The notes beneath the pieces were generated by a model. The model was not told where the DNA came from. It saw only the letters and a list, made by a program, of their open reading frames with translations, and did not search any database. Shown here piece after piece: positions 1-10,267 of a stretch of 64,000 nt of DNA. This DNA is from Candidatus Parcubacteria bacterium (GTDB lineage Bacteria; Patescibacteriota; Minisyncoccia; Phycocordibacterales; UBA2100): assembly GCA_003599295.1 (NCBI GenBank), contig QZJK01000007.1, positions 2,228 to 66,227 on the forward strand, read 5' to 3'. Positions within the stretch are counted from its first letter, which is position 1. Each line of letters opens with the position of its first letter. Both the position numbers and the translations under genes were made by a program.

Positions 1-28
1 CTTTTCTTTCTCGACTGCGCAAGCCCGT

Positions 29-1168
29 CTACTTCAGTACTTCGATACCGGGGAGGGTTCCTTTCAATAGATACTCGAGCATGGCACCGCCGCCCGTCGA
101 GAGGAATCCGAGTTCCTCTTGCGGGATTCCAGCCGCACGAATGGCCGCGATGGTGTCGCCCCCGCCGATGACCACATTCGCTCCGCCTCTATGCGCTTCG
201 GAAACGAGCGTTGCGATGTTCTCCGTGTATGAAATATAGCCATTCTCGTACATGCCCGTCGGGCCGCTCCAAAGAATACTTTTGGCCTCTGCGATGAACG
301 ATGCAATGAGCGCGACCGTGTCCGGCCCGATATCAACTATTTTGTCGTCCGCTGCGACTTCTTCCGGCTTTTTTACGCGCGCCTGCCCGTCTCCTCCTTC
401 CGCTGTCACATCTATAGGTGCAACGAAATGCGGGTTCGAGAGCACGTCTTGCCCTGGCAATTCTTTTGAAATGAGCGAGCGGCCCACCGGAAGTCCCCGC
501 GCTTTAAAGACATCATTCGCGAGTGCCCCTGTAATAAAGACGTGGTCATACTTTTCGAGCAGCAGTTTTATGAGCGGCGCTTTTGTTTCGAATTTCGCAC
601 CGCCGAGTATCGCGAAAGAAGGGCTTTTGGGAGCGCGCGCCGCGTCGAGTTCCCGCACTTCATCGCGAATGAGAAACCCCGCGTACGCCGGCAAAAGCTT
701 CGCTACCCCGACTACGGATGCGTGCTCCCGATGCACATCCGGGAACGCATCGCCCACGAATATGTCTGCGAGGCTGGCCAATAATTGCGCGAATGCGGCA
801 CCGTTTGTCTCTTCCCCGGGGTCACGGCGCGTATTTTCTAAGATAAGACATTCTCCTTCTTTCAAGGCAGCAACTTCTTTGGGAGCTTCGGCAAAAGGAG
901 TCCCGAAAAAATACATCGGTACGTTCGGCGCAAGCGCTTTCAGCGCCTCGGCAACTGGTTTGATCGATTCGCCCTTGCGACCGAAGTGTCCGGCGATGAC
1001 GACCTTCGCGCGCGACTTAACCAGATACTCTATAGTGGGAAGTGCTTGCTTCAGTCGAAATATATCCGTCACTCCCCCGTCTTTTGAGATCGGCAGGTTG
1101 AGTATCGTGCGCAAAAAAACGCGCTTGCCTTTTAATTCTTTCTCCGATAATTCGTCGAGGCTCTTCAT
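29..1168 (-). CDS. pgk: phosphoglycerate kinase
   Basis: 379 aa with PGK-typical N-terminus (KRVFLR...) and a typical overall architecture. It overlaps tpiA by 4 nt (ATGA). Confidence 0.9.
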   Translation of the reverse strand: MKSLDELSEKELKGKRVFLRTILNLPISKDGGVTDIFRLKQALPTIEYLVKSRAKVVIAGHFGRKGESIKPVAEALKALAPNVPMYFFGTPFAEAPKEVAALKEGECLILENTRRDPGEETNGAAFAQLLASLADIFVGDAFPDVHREHASVVGVAKLLPAYAGFLIRDEVRELDAARAPKSPSFAILGGAKFETKAPLIKLLLEKYDHVFITGALANDVFKARGLPVGRSLISKELPGQDVLSNPHFVAPIDVTAEGGDGQARVKKPEEVAADDKIVDIGPDTVALIASFIAEAKSILWSGPTGMYENGYISYTENIATLVSEAHRGGANVVIGGGDTIAAIRAAGIPQEELGFLSTGGGAMLEYLLKGTLPGIEVLK

Positions 1169-1920
1169 ATGTTCGAAAGCGTACTGAGAAGCGCAGTGAA
1201 CCGAGCAACATCAACGCTGACGTGCCCGACGAGAATCCCGCTGACGTCGCCGTCGCGGAGCATTTCGTCGGCGTTGTCTTCATTCACGGAACCTCCATAG
1301 ATAACGCGGGTAGAGATACCTTTCGGGCCGTGGGTTTCGACGATGGTCTTCCGAATGAATATCGCCATTTCATGCATTTCGCGCGGGCTCATCGTTTCCT
1401 CTCCGCCGATAGCCCAGACAGGCTCGTACGCAACGATAATGTCGGATAGTTTTGAGGCGGGCACTTGTTCGAATCCTGCCTTCAATTGCTCCGCGACGAA
1501 CGCGAAGTGCGCGCCCGAAGGAGAGCGCTTCGCTTCGCCGACACACAATATCGGGCGCATGTTGGCTGCGAGTGCGGCAGCGACCTGCCGCCCCGCGTCA
1601 GTGTTCGACATGCCGCGCGCGCGAACCTCAGAATGTCCTACGAGCGCGTATGAAGCGCCCGCATCTTTTGCCTGACGCATGGATATTTCTCCGGTATGGG
1701 CGCCGCCGGCTGACGCTTCCGCTGACTGCACGCAAAATGAGACGCGCCCGCCGGCTCGCCCCTTCGCAAGTTCGCGAAGGTAGAGCGCGGGCGGAGCTAC
1801 GACAAGTGTTATCGTTCGCGCTTTCGCGGCCGCCTTTTTCGTTACCTCAAAGAGTTTCTTCGCTTCTCGCGAGGTCGCCGGATTCATCTTCCAGTTCGCG
1901 ACGACAAGCGGTTTCAGCAT
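1165..1920 (-). CDS. tpiA: triosephosphate isomerase
   Basis: 251 aa with the N-terminal ANWKMN motif and the catalytic region typical of triosephosphate isomerase. Confidence 0.9.
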   Translation of the reverse strand: MLKPLVVANWKMNPATSREAKKLFEVTKKAAAKARTITLVVAPPALYLRELAKGRAGGRVSFCVQSAEASAGGAHTGEISMRQAKDAGASYALVGHSEVRARGMSNTDAGRQVAAALAANMRPILCVGEAKRSPSGAHFAFVAEQLKAGFEQVPASKLSDIIVAYEPVWAIGGEETMSPREMHEMAIFIRKTIVETHGPKGISTRVIYGGSVNEDNADEMLRDGDVSGILVGHVSVDVARFTALLSTLSNI

Positions 1921-1961
1921 GTCGCGATTGTACCATGACGAGTTTTATTCCCGGAAAATGG

Positions 1962-3407
1962 CTACTGTTCGCGCCAGAGAGCGAATCGGTAATCTGTGGA
2001 TACTGTGGGCGTAAAAGGCGGCGGGGAGAATGCGAGAAGCTGGTCGTAATAGTCATAGCGCTGTTGGTAGCCAGAGATGGTCGAACCGCCGGAACTCCAT
2101 GCCGTCCCGGTGCGCCCATTCGAGACGACGGTGCCGACCGTTGTGAGTTCGCTCTGAAGCACATATGAGGAGTACGCCTGTCCCACGCGCAAGCTTGGCG
2201 GATATGAAGAACTATTGGTGAAAAAATCGCGCCCGTAGTGGCCGCTCTGCGCGACAAAAATGCCGTGGATCTCCATAAAGTCAGGCGAGGTGAGCGGAAT
2301 AAGCACGTTCCTTTCCGCAATGACGGTGAGCCCATCACTTCCATCATTTGATGCGTATACGATATTGTTGCGAAGATAGACGTCAGGGCTTGTGCCCGAA
2401 TCATCAGGTGTCGCCGCGACCACGGCGACCTTGCTGCCCACCGTGCCTTCGAGCCACACGCGATCCTCGACGAAGATAAGACTGCATGAAGACGGGACGG
2501 CATACGTGCCAAGGAGCGTCTCGTTATTAATGATGCTGTATTCCGTCCCCCATCCGTACTGGCTCGAGTATGAGGGTTTCCCTATAGTGCTCGTCACTCG
2601 ATACACTGTCACCGTGCCGTCCGCATTGAATATGAGGTGGTAGCCGCGATTGTTGACGCTCCCGCTCGCCGGATCGTAATGGATACCGCCGTTATTCTCA
2701 GCCCTTGATTGCAAATCGGTAAAGTTCACGCCGATGGCTTCGAAGTTCACGTTCGGCACCGGATAGGTCCACAGTGCGGGATTGCTTCCGTCGCCGACGA
2801 CACCAGGCGCGTTCGGCTGTGACGGAGAACAATTGTAGTTCCCATCGCAATTCCACGTCGCGACGGCGCTCATCACATCGGAATTGTGAGTCGCGTCCAT
2901 TCTGATGCCGCCGTTCGAATGGTACGGACCCCGGATGTTCCTGTCGCTACCGGCCCATACATTACTGTTCAAAAGGTACGAGTACTCTGCGACGGAGGGG
3001 AGCATATAGCGGACGGAAAGCGTGCGCGGAAATCTCGTGTCGGCATTCGGCACGCCTTCCGAGGCGAGATCTATCCATTGCACGGCATCGCATTGAGAGT
3101 TGGCAGTCGCCGTAACTTCAGCGTTGCCAAGCTCGCCGCCTTCTGGATCTTCAACCGTGTATGTGTACGGGGATACCAAACCGACGCCGGTCTGGAGAAT
3201 CGCCGGATTGTGCGCAAGGAACCAGCGGTAGTATTCGAGGCCTGCTTCCGCGATGTGGAGCGCTTGCTCGCGCGCGTAGAGTGCACGACCGTACTTCGAT
3301 TGCATGAGAGCATAGCTTGTTACCGTCCCGAGTATCAATCCGAAAATCCCCAGGAATGCGAGGACGAGCATAACCGTGACGCCGGATTGTGAGGTTCGCT
3401 TGCGCAT
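1962..3407 (-). CDS. PilX-like minor pilin / pilus assembly protein
   Basis: An N-terminal TM helix is followed by a PilX_N-like segment (REQALHIAEAGLEYYRW). It sits in the pilus operon. Confidence 0.5.
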   Translation of the reverse strand: MRKRTSQSGVTVMLVLAFLGIFGLILGTVTSYALMQSKYGRALYAREQALHIAEAGLEYYRWFLAHNPAILQTGVGLVSPYTYTVEDPEGGELGNAEVTATANSQCDAVQWIDLASEGVPNADTRFPRTLSVRYMLPSVAEYSYLLNSNVWAGSDRNIRGPYHSNGGIRMDATHNSDVMSAVATWNCDGNYNCSPSQPNAPGVVGDGSNPALWTYPVPNVNFEAIGVNFTDLQSRAENNGGIHYDPASGSVNNRGYHLIFNADGTVTVYRVTSTIGKPSYSSQYGWGTEYSIINNETLLGTYAVPSSCSLIFVEDRVWLEGTVGSKVAVVAATPDDSGTSPDVYLRNNIVYASNDGSDGLTVIAERNVLIPLTSPDFMEIHGIFVAQSGHYGRDFFTNSSSYPPSLRVGQAYSSYVLQSELTTVGTVVSNGRTGTAWSSGGSTISGYQQRYDYYDQLLAFSPPPFTPTVSTDYRFALWREQ

Positions 3408-3408
3408 A

Positions 3409-4014
3409 TCAATGTCCGATGAGGTTTCGAATAGCCGCCGAGGAACTAAGAGTGAACTGGTTCGGAAGCGCCGCCTCGTTTACGTTAACCGCCAAGTCCA
3501 CTTTCACGAAGCGGACTGCCGTCCAGTTCGTATAATTCGTGATCTCGGAGCCGAGCTCATCATAATAATGGAACAAGGAAATTCCCTGCGCCACATTGCG
3601 TACATGTTCCGCGATAACCGATGCAGTTTCAGCGCCTGTGTAATCCGGCGGGTCTCCCGTAGGCTCGAGAATGCCGCGCATGAGATTCGTGCCTGATATG
3701 TAGTAGTGCACGCGCTCGATGAGCGCGTCGCTGTCAATGTCTGCATAAAACACAAAATCATTGGCTGCGATCGAAACTATCGGGAACGCTCCCTGGCTCG
3801 AGTAAGCACCCTCGCGGATAGTGCGCACTATCTGTTCAAGCCCGCGCTGAGCAAACGTCACCGCATCCGCTTGTTCTATCGTATACGTATTAGTCTTGTA
3901 GAACGAAAGCAACGTCGACACGATAGCGAGCATTGCAAGAGTAAAGACTGATATCCATACGAGAACCTCTATGAACGTCATGCCGCGCGCGTTAGTCACG
4001 GATGCGGATCTCAT
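3409..4014 (-). CDS. type IV pilin-like protein (prepilin N-terminal methylation domain)
   Basis: The N-terminus ...RGMTFIEVLVWISVF resembles a class III signal (G/FTxxE) followed by a hydrophobic helix. Confidence 0.6.
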   Translation of the reverse strand: MRSASVTNARGMTFIEVLVWISVFTLAMLAIVSTLLSFYKTNTYTIEQADAVTFAQRGLEQIVRTIREGAYSSQGAFPIVSIAANDFVFYADIDSDALIERVHYYISGTNLMRGILEPTGDPPDYTGAETASVIAEHVRNVAQGISLFHYYDELGSEITNYTNWTAVRFVKVDLAVNVNEAALPNQFTLSSSAAIRNLIGH

Positions 4015-5813
4015 AAGCTTATGAGCACGACTGATAAGAGGGCTCCGTCAAACACCGTAACGTCCGCGCTTCCGTACGTTTGGTATCCGGTCTTCGACAC
4101 TTCGATCGAATAGGTAGCTTCTTCAAGCCCTTCGAAAAATATCTGTCCGCACGACGATGTTGAAAGCGTCTCGTCATAACCCGTTTTGTAGAGGCGGACG
4201 GACGCCCCCGTGAGAAGCGCATTACTCCCGGAAGCACGGACGTCGACAAGAAGCGTGCTCGGATCATACGGAACGACATAAAGCTGTGTCGTCTGCGAGG
4301 AAGCGGGGTCGAGAGTTTCCGGCTGAGGATCATCACAGCTTTCTGAAAGCGCGTAGTTTGTCGTGGTCGGCACGCTCAATGTATACGTGTCCCATTCGAC
4401 GTTCTGGAGCGTGAGCGATGCGCCAGCGCCGCTTGAATGCACTTCGTCGTATTTATACACCGTCGGATTATTGCCAATGGTCTTTAGGCCTTGCATCGAG
4501 AATGAAAGGTTTGGGAACGGGCTTGGACCCTCGTATTCGATGGTCCAGTCATCTATGGAAGGAGTCGGGGCGCCCGGGTTCTTGGTTTTCAGTATCGCTC
4601 CGATCCGAAGCCCGGGATATGTCCCGGCGGGGATAGTTGATATGTCCACCGATGAAGTGGAGAACCCTGTGGAATTATTCGGCAACACGGCGTCGGGAAT
4701 GAGCGTCGCGCCGTCCGATGTGTATAGCTGATAGAAAATCTCTGTATCAGAAGGCTCTACGTCGTTCCATGAGAGCGTCTTCCAGCGCGACACTTGTGAT
4801 GGCGCTATCGCGATCGATTGCACGCTCGCGGTCGGAGGAAACGGAGGGTTACCTGCGAATCTCACGCGACCTCCGGAGATTTCCGTACCGTTAAACACCG
4901 CTATCTTGGTATCATTCGCGAATGTGTCTTCCCATGTCGATGGCTCAAGCGCCTTGTACGTTTCCACCGTTTTCGTAGACACAAGATCGATCGCAAATGT
5001 CTGCGAGGTCGTCTCGTTGTCAGCAACGGTAAGATGGCGCGGTGTTGGATTCGGGTTCTCTGCCGTAACAGGATACGTCTGATCGGTCGAGTAGCCTGCG
5101 CGGGATACTGTTATTTGATAGTTGCTCGCCGCCGGCGCGCCAATGTACGTGACGGCTCCGTTCGAATTCGTGTAGGTCCTGATGTTAATTGCCGGCGAGA
5201 CTTCCGTATTAATGATATCTACTTGCGCATCGAATACCGGTTCGGCGGCGGCATTGACAACGGTGATGGCGAGTATCCCTCCCGCTACCGCAACCTCGAC
5301 ACCATTCGGGGATGCCCGGCCGACGAGGACGACACTCCGCTCTCCCTGACGAGCCGTCCATGAGACCTCTACACGTATCGTTTTGTAGTCCGTGATGATG
5401 CTGTTCTCGTCAAGCTCGCCGAGGCCATCGCCGGGATCATCCGCGTAGAGAACGGACGTGCGGCGCGTGTATTCGATACCGTTCCACGAAACCGTCTCCT
5501 CCTGCGGCACGATGCCGGCAGGGATCCCCCCTTCGACACCTATCTGCGTGTAAGAAAGCGAGCGTAAATATTCCATACGCTCGTTTCCGAGTGCGATGGC
5601 ACCAGCGCGCGCTTTGTTGTTCGTCACGACGTCGAGCGAGAGCTGGAAGGCGGCCGCGATGCCAAGAAATACGATGAGCATGAGCGCCGTCCCGACCACC
5701 GTATCGAGAAGCGTTGCACCTCGCGAGCCGGTGTCTCGTATTGCGTATTTCGTATAACGCATGAGATACCAGCGGCGGATTTTATACGCTATACGCCATA
5801 CCCTATACCGCAT
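4011..5813 (-). CDS. large pilin-like protein (PilV-like N-terminus, C-terminal beta-sandwich repeats)
   Basis: An internal probable start gives ...SRGATLLDTVVGTALMLIVFLG, a prepilin-like leader. The C-terminal part is rich in T/S/N and looks like CarboxypepD_reg/Cna-B folds. The true start is probably near 5762. Confidence 0.5.
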   Translation of the reverse strand: MRYRVWRIAYKIRRWYLMRYTKYAIRDTGSRGATLLDTVVGTALMLIVFLGIAAAFQLSLDVVTNNKARAGAIALGNERMEYLRSLSYTQIGVEGGIPAGIVPQEETVSWNGIEYTRRTSVLYADDPGDGLGELDENSIITDYKTIRVEVSWTARQGERSVVLVGRASPNGVEVAVAGGILAITVVNAAAEPVFDAQVDIINTEVSPAINIRTYTNSNGAVTYIGAPAASNYQITVSRAGYSTDQTYPVTAENPNPTPRHLTVADNETTSQTFAIDLVSTKTVETYKALEPSTWEDTFANDTKIAVFNGTEISGGRVRFAGNPPFPPTASVQSIAIAPSQVSRWKTLSWNDVEPSDTEIFYQLYTSDGATLIPDAVLPNNSTGFSTSSVDISTIPAGTYPGLRIGAILKTKNPGAPTPSIDDWTIEYEGPSPFPNLSFSMQGLKTIGNNPTVYKYDEVHSSGAGASLTLQNVEWDTYTLSVPTTTNYALSESCDDPQPETLDPASSQTTQLYVVPYDPSTLLVDVRASGSNALLTGASVRLYKTGYDETLSTSSCGQIFFEGLEEATYSIEVSKTGYQTYGSADVTVFDGALLSVVLISL

Positions 5814-5818
5814 ACGTT

Positions 5819-7036
5819 TTAGATGTTCTCCGACAGCTGATAGATGGGCGATATCATCGAAATAGCGAAAAAGCCGACCGCGACCCCGATGAATATCATG
5901 AGGAACGGCTCGACGATGGTCGACATGTCTTTTGTTTTCCGGTCAACCTCCTCCTCGTAGAAGATCGCGAGCCGCTTTAGCATTTCGGTCACCTCGCCTG
6001 TTTCTTCTCCGACCGACATCATTTCGCCGACAAATGCCGGATATAGGTCCTCACGGCGAGTGAACGCGGCAGACAACGGCTGGCCTTGAGAAACGCCCTG
6101 ACGCGCTTCGGCGATGACTTTCCTGAAATATGAATTTTGCACGACTTCGCCGACGATCTCGAGGGATGCGAGCACGTCCACGCCGGAAGAAAGAAGGGAC
6201 GCGAGCGTTCGAGCAGTGCGTGCCGCATTGACCTCACGGACCATTACACCAATAAGCGGCATGCGAAGAAATACGAGATCGAATACGCGTCTTCCCACGG
6301 GCGTTCGCGCCGCGACATACACAGCCGCTCCGAGGGCGACGAGGCCTCCAAGCGCAAGTACCGTGTAGTTGACCAAAATATTGCTGACCGCGATGACGAA
6401 CTGGGTCGATTTCGGCAATTCCGCATTCATTTCGGCGAACGTCTGCGCCAAGGTCGGCACGACATTTATCATCATGAGAATGCCGATGCCGATGATGGCG
6501 ACGATGATGACTATCGGATATATGAGTGCGCTCCGTATCTTTTTCTTGAGCTGATACATGCGCTCCATCTGGTCGGCGGCGGTAGCGAGAGCACCCGGAA
6601 GATCGCCTCCCTCTTCGCCTGCGCGCACCATCGCGACGAATAAGCGGCTGAACGTCTGCGGGAATTTAGCGAGGGCGGCGTGGAAGGTGTCGCCGCGGCG
6701 GACATCGCCCGCTATTTGCGCGATTGTGCTTGAAAGTTTTGCGTTCCTCGTCTGGCGTTCAAGGACCGCAAGAGCGCGTGCGAGCGCAAGGCCTGCAGAA
6801 AGCATCGCGCCAAGATTCCGCGCCAGAAGTATCTTGTCGTACTGCTTGACGCTTGAGAGCTTCGCGTTCCATCGCGACAGATTCCAGACACTTCGGGTGT
6901 CTTCCTCCGTCATCGACACTATCTTCGCTCCTTCCTTGCGGACTATCTCGTAGAGCTCGAAGCGGTCCTGCGCTTCGACTACTCCTTTATATATCTCCCC
7001 GTTCGATTTTTCGGCGGTGTACGTAAAACGAGCCAT
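5819..7036 (-). CDS. pilC: type IV pilus assembly platform protein PilC (GspF family)
   Basis: 405 aa polytopic protein with duplicated GspF-type domains. It lies immediately downstream of pilB. Confidence 0.85.
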   Translation of the reverse strand: MARFTYTAEKSNGEIYKGVVEAQDRFELYEIVRKEGAKIVSMTEEDTRSVWNLSRWNAKLSSVKQYDKILLARNLGAMLSAGLALARALAVLERQTRNAKLSSTIAQIAGDVRRGDTFHAALAKFPQTFSRLFVAMVRAGEEGGDLPGALATAADQMERMYQLKKKIRSALIYPIVIIVAIIGIGILMMINVVPTLAQTFAEMNAELPKSTQFVIAVSNILVNYTVLALGGLVALGAAVYVAARTPVGRRVFDLVFLRMPLIGVMVREVNAARTARTLASLLSSGVDVLASLEIVGEVVQNSYFRKVIAEARQGVSQGQPLSAAFTRREDLYPAFVGEMMSVGEETGEVTEMLKRLAIFYEEEVDRKTKDMSTIVEPFLMIFIGVAVGFFAISMISPIYQLSENI

Positions 7037-7104
7037 TCAACTAAGTATAGCGCGTAGTTAAGCGCTCTTTTGCTCGAATCGGGCGAATATGTACATAAGG
7101 AAGT

Positions 7105-8841
7105 TTATTCCGAGATCACGCGCAACACTTCTTCTATCGTTGTTACTCCCTGCGCGGCCTTGAAAATGCCGTCTTCGGCCATGGTGAGCATGCCTTCGCT
7201 TTTTGCCCGGCTTTCTATCTCATCGGCGGTCGCATTTTTCATGACGAGCTCCTTTATCGACGAAGATACTTGCAGTGTTTCGTAAATGCCGACGCGGCCG
7301 GAATAGCCGGACGGACATTCGGCGCTCTCTTTCGGCTTATAGAATGAAACATTTTTCCATGTCGCGTCGCTATGGACGGCCTTTTCCTCCTTCATCGCCT
7401 TGAGGACGGCTCCCGCGTCCACTGTTTTCTCGAGATGCGCTTGTTCGTCGCGAGAGAGTTCGTACTTCTCTTTTTCCTGACAGAGTTTTCGGACGAGGCG
7501 CTGGCCGACGCAGATGCGGAGCGTTGAAACGAGAAGGAACGGCTCGATACCCATGTCGAGAAGGCGCGGAATGGCGCCGGCGGCGGAATTGGTGTGCAAC
7601 GTCGAGAGCACGAGGTGACCCGTGAGAGACGCGTTTATCGCGAGAGACGCCGTTTCTTTGTCGCGAATTTCCCCCACCATCACGATATCCGGGTCCTGGC
7701 GCACAAGCGCGCGCAAACCGTTCGCGAATGTGAAACCTATTTCCGGACGCACCTGCGTCTGGTTGATGCGCGCCATTTGGTATTCGATAGGGTCCTCGAT
7801 GGTGGAGATGTTCACGTGCGGCGTGTTCACGATGTCGAGAAGCGTGTAGAGCGTCGTCGATTTGCCGGCGCCGGTCGGCCCGCACGCGAGTATCATGCCG
7901 GTCGTCGCGCGGGTCGCATCATGCATGCGCTCGAGCGCCGCACCGTGGAATCCGATGGATTCGAGCGTGAAGCCGGAAACGGAGTCCCGCAAAAGACGCA
8001 TGACTATTTTCTCGCCGTAGTAGGTGGGGAGGACCGACACGCGGAACGAGACTTTCTCGCCGCTCGATTCGGCGCTGAAACGCCCGTCTTGCGGCAAACG
8101 GTGCTCATCGAGCCGCATGCTCGCCAGGACTTTGATGCGCGCGGTCACCGCGGCCGCGGCATGTTTCGGGAGTTCCATCGCGTCATGGAGGATGCCGTCG
8201 ATGCGGTAGCGGATGAGGAGCGATGATTCCATCGGTTCGATATGAATGTCGGAGGCTCCCTGCGCGTTCGCGTGCCGGAGCAGCGTATCCACGATGCGGA
8301 CCGCAGAAACGCCTTCGGCCATCTTGTGGAGGTCTTCGTCTTTGACCTCGCCCGTCTTTTCAAGCGCTGCGGTCTCTCGTTCGATGACATCGCCGAGGTT
8401 CGCTTTGAGGCCCTGCTGGTACTGCTTCAATGCGTATTTGATGCTCGCCGCATCCGTGAGGCGGGGCAGCACTTTGAGCCGCGTTTTTTTCTTGATGAAA
8501 TCGATGGCCGCGAGGTCGTCGGTGTCGAGCATCGCCACCTCCAATTCATCGCCGTGGTGGCCATATGCAATGATGTTGTTCCTGCGAGCGACCGGCTCCG
8601 GGATAAGCGAAAGGGTGTCGTATTTTATGTCGGTCCCGGCAAGTGAAACGAACGGGATCCCCAAGATGTAGGCATAGGTGCGGCTCAATTCATCCTCGCC
8701 GATAGCGCTGTGCGCTTTCAAGACGTCGCCCACCGACGTACCGCTTTCTTTCGCCTCTTTTTCCGCTTCGTCGAACAGCTTTGTCGAGACGAGCCCCGCG
8801 TCGGCGAGAAACGATTTTAAATGCGTATCCGAGATGTACAT
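7105..8841 (-). CDS. pilB: type IV pilus assembly ATPase PilB (GspE family)
   Basis: Walker A motif GPTGAGKSTT, an N-terminal GspII_E-like domain and a total length of 578 aa. Confidence 0.9.
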   Translation of the reverse strand: MYISDTHLKSFLADAGLVSTKLFDEAEKEAKESGTSVGDVLKAHSAIGEDELSRTYAYILGIPFVSLAGTDIKYDTLSLIPEPVARRNNIIAYGHHGDELEVAMLDTDDLAAIDFIKKKTRLKVLPRLTDAASIKYALKQYQQGLKANLGDVIERETAALEKTGEVKDEDLHKMAEGVSAVRIVDTLLRHANAQGASDIHIEPMESSLLIRYRIDGILHDAMELPKHAAAAVTARIKVLASMRLDEHRLPQDGRFSAESSGEKVSFRVSVLPTYYGEKIVMRLLRDSVSGFTLESIGFHGAALERMHDATRATTGMILACGPTGAGKSTTLYTLLDIVNTPHVNISTIEDPIEYQMARINQTQVRPEIGFTFANGLRALVRQDPDIVMVGEIRDKETASLAINASLTGHLVLSTLHTNSAAGAIPRLLDMGIEPFLLVSTLRICVGQRLVRKLCQEKEKYELSRDEQAHLEKTVDAGAVLKAMKEEKAVHSDATWKNVSFYKPKESAECPSGYSGRVGIYETLQVSSSIKELVMKNATADEIESRAKSEGMLTMAEDGIFKAAQGVTTIEEVLRVISE

Positions 8842-8885
8842 GTTGCTCTATTATATACCGCTATATACCGCGATACTTCAGGGAT

Positions 8886-8913
8886 TTGACACAGGTGGGT
8901 AAAGATATATACT
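8886..8913 (+). promoter_or_regulatory. sigma70-like promoter (TTGACA, 16 bp spacer, TATACT) upstream of nusA
   Basis: The hexamers are seen directly: TTGACA at 8886-8891 and TATACT at 8908-8913. Confidence 0.35.
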
Positions 8914-8926
8914 GCCTGCATTGGTT

Positions 8927-8950
8927 CCGCCCTTGGGCGGACGCTTTTTT
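8927..8950 (+). terminator. intrinsic terminator-like hairpin (CCGCCCTTGGGCGG) followed by TTTTTT in the nusA leader
   Basis: A GC-rich stem with a T-run lies between the promoter and the nusA start. Confidence 0.45.
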
Positions 8951-8976
8951 TAAAAGTCTTTACTACAAGCTATTGT

Positions 8977-10224
8977 ATGGCACTACTTGACCTCAAATCA
9001 TTGAACGCCGCCCTTGATGAGCTCCAGCAGGAGCGCGGCATTTCGCGCGAAAGCGTTATTGACGCCCTTTCAACGGCGCTCGCCGCCGCCTACCGCCGCG
9101 AATACGGCAAGCGCGGGCAGATAATCCGCGCGAATTTCAATCCACAAACGGGCGACATGGAATTTCGTCAGGCGAAAATAGTCGTCGACAAGACTCTGGT
9201 GCGCGCCGAAGACGAAGAGCTCGGCGACGATGACCACCGTTCCCGCTTCAACCCTGAACAGCACATCATGATAGAAGACGCACGGCGCATAAAAAAAGAT
9301 GCCGTGCTCGACGAGGAAATATCGTTCCCGCTTGAAACGCACGAAGATTTCGGCCGCATCGCCGCACAGGCTGCGAAGCAGGTCATCATGCAGAAGGTGC
9401 GCGAAGCGGAGCGTGCGTCCATCATTTCAGAATACGGCGAGCGCGAAGGCGAGATAGTGACGGGCCACGTCCAGCGCTTCGAGCGCGGCAATCTCTACGT
9501 GGACCTTGGCCGCGCGACAGCAATCCTTCCCTACGACGAACAAATTCCGGGCGAGCGATACCGCCAGGGCGAGCGCGTGCGCGCGCTTCTCCTTCGTGTT
9601 GATGAAAGCGCGCGCGGCACGTTCATTCGGCTCACGCGCTCGCACCCGCAATTCCTCGTAAAACTTTTTGAGACTGAAGTACCTGAAATGGCGAACGGCA
9701 TCGTCGAAGCAAAAGGTGTCGTCCGCGAGCCGGGCAGCCGCGCGAAAATAGCGGTGCACTCGAAAGACGAGCACGTGGACCCTGTTGGGGCGCTTGTTGG
9801 CCAGCGCGGCGTTCGCGTCGCAGTCGTCACGTCGGAATTGGGCGGCGAAAAAATCGACGTCGTTGAGTGGTCGGAGAATCCCGGCGACTTCGTGAAAGAA
9901 GCTCTCAAGCCCGCGCAGGTATTGGGTATCGAATTGTTCGAAGAAGAGAACCGCGCAGTCGTTTCTGTCGCAGAGGACCAGCAGTCGCTCGCGATAGGGC
10001 GCGGAGGCCAAAATGTTCGCCTCGCGGCACGCCTCACAGGTTGGAAGATCGACATACGTTCGAGCGGCGGCGAGCAAGTCGCTCCCGCAACCGAGGGCGG
10101 CTCTGCGGAGGTACCTCCGGGCGAAACTCCGGAAACCCTGCCGAAACCGGATGAGGTTATCGAGGAGCCGGCTCCACAAGACCGAGATGTCCCGAATGCA
10201 GAGGCGGAGAAGCCGAGCGAATAG
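8977..10224 (+). CDS. nusA: transcription termination/antitermination factor NusA
   Basis: 415 aa with an N-terminal NusA domain, S1 and KH regions and an acidic C-terminus. Confidence 0.9.
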   Translation: MALLDLKSLNAALDELQQERGISRESVIDALSTALAAAYRREYGKRGQIIRANFNPQTGDMEFRQAKIVVDKTLVRAEDEELGDDDHRSRFNPEQHIMIEDARRIKKDAVLDEEISFPLETHEDFGRIAAQAAKQVIMQKVREAERASIISEYGEREGEIVTGHVQRFERGNLYVDLGRATAILPYDEQIPGERYRQGERVRALLLRVDESARGTFIRLTRSHPQFLVKLFETEVPEMANGIVEAKGVVREPGSRAKIAVHSKDEHVDPVGALVGQRGVRVAVVTSELGGEKIDVVEWSENPGDFVKEALKPAQVLGIELFEEENRAVVSVAEDQQSLAIGRGGQNVRLAARLTGWKIDIRSSGGEQVAPATEGGSAEVPPGETPETLPKPDEVIEEPAPQDRDVPNAEAEKPSE

Positions 10225-10267
10225 TGAACGATTGCTTCAATACACCGAAAACGGTACACTGTCCGCT

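Noticed and set aside
252-1187. 311-aa plus-strand ORF antisense to pgk, and similar long antisense ORFs inside nusA, pnp, cca, dnaA and the PBP gene
   Set aside because: They lie entirely inside well-supported genes on the opposite strand. Their composition is Ser/Arg/Ala-rich, typical of GC-rich antisense frames, and they have no domain signatures.
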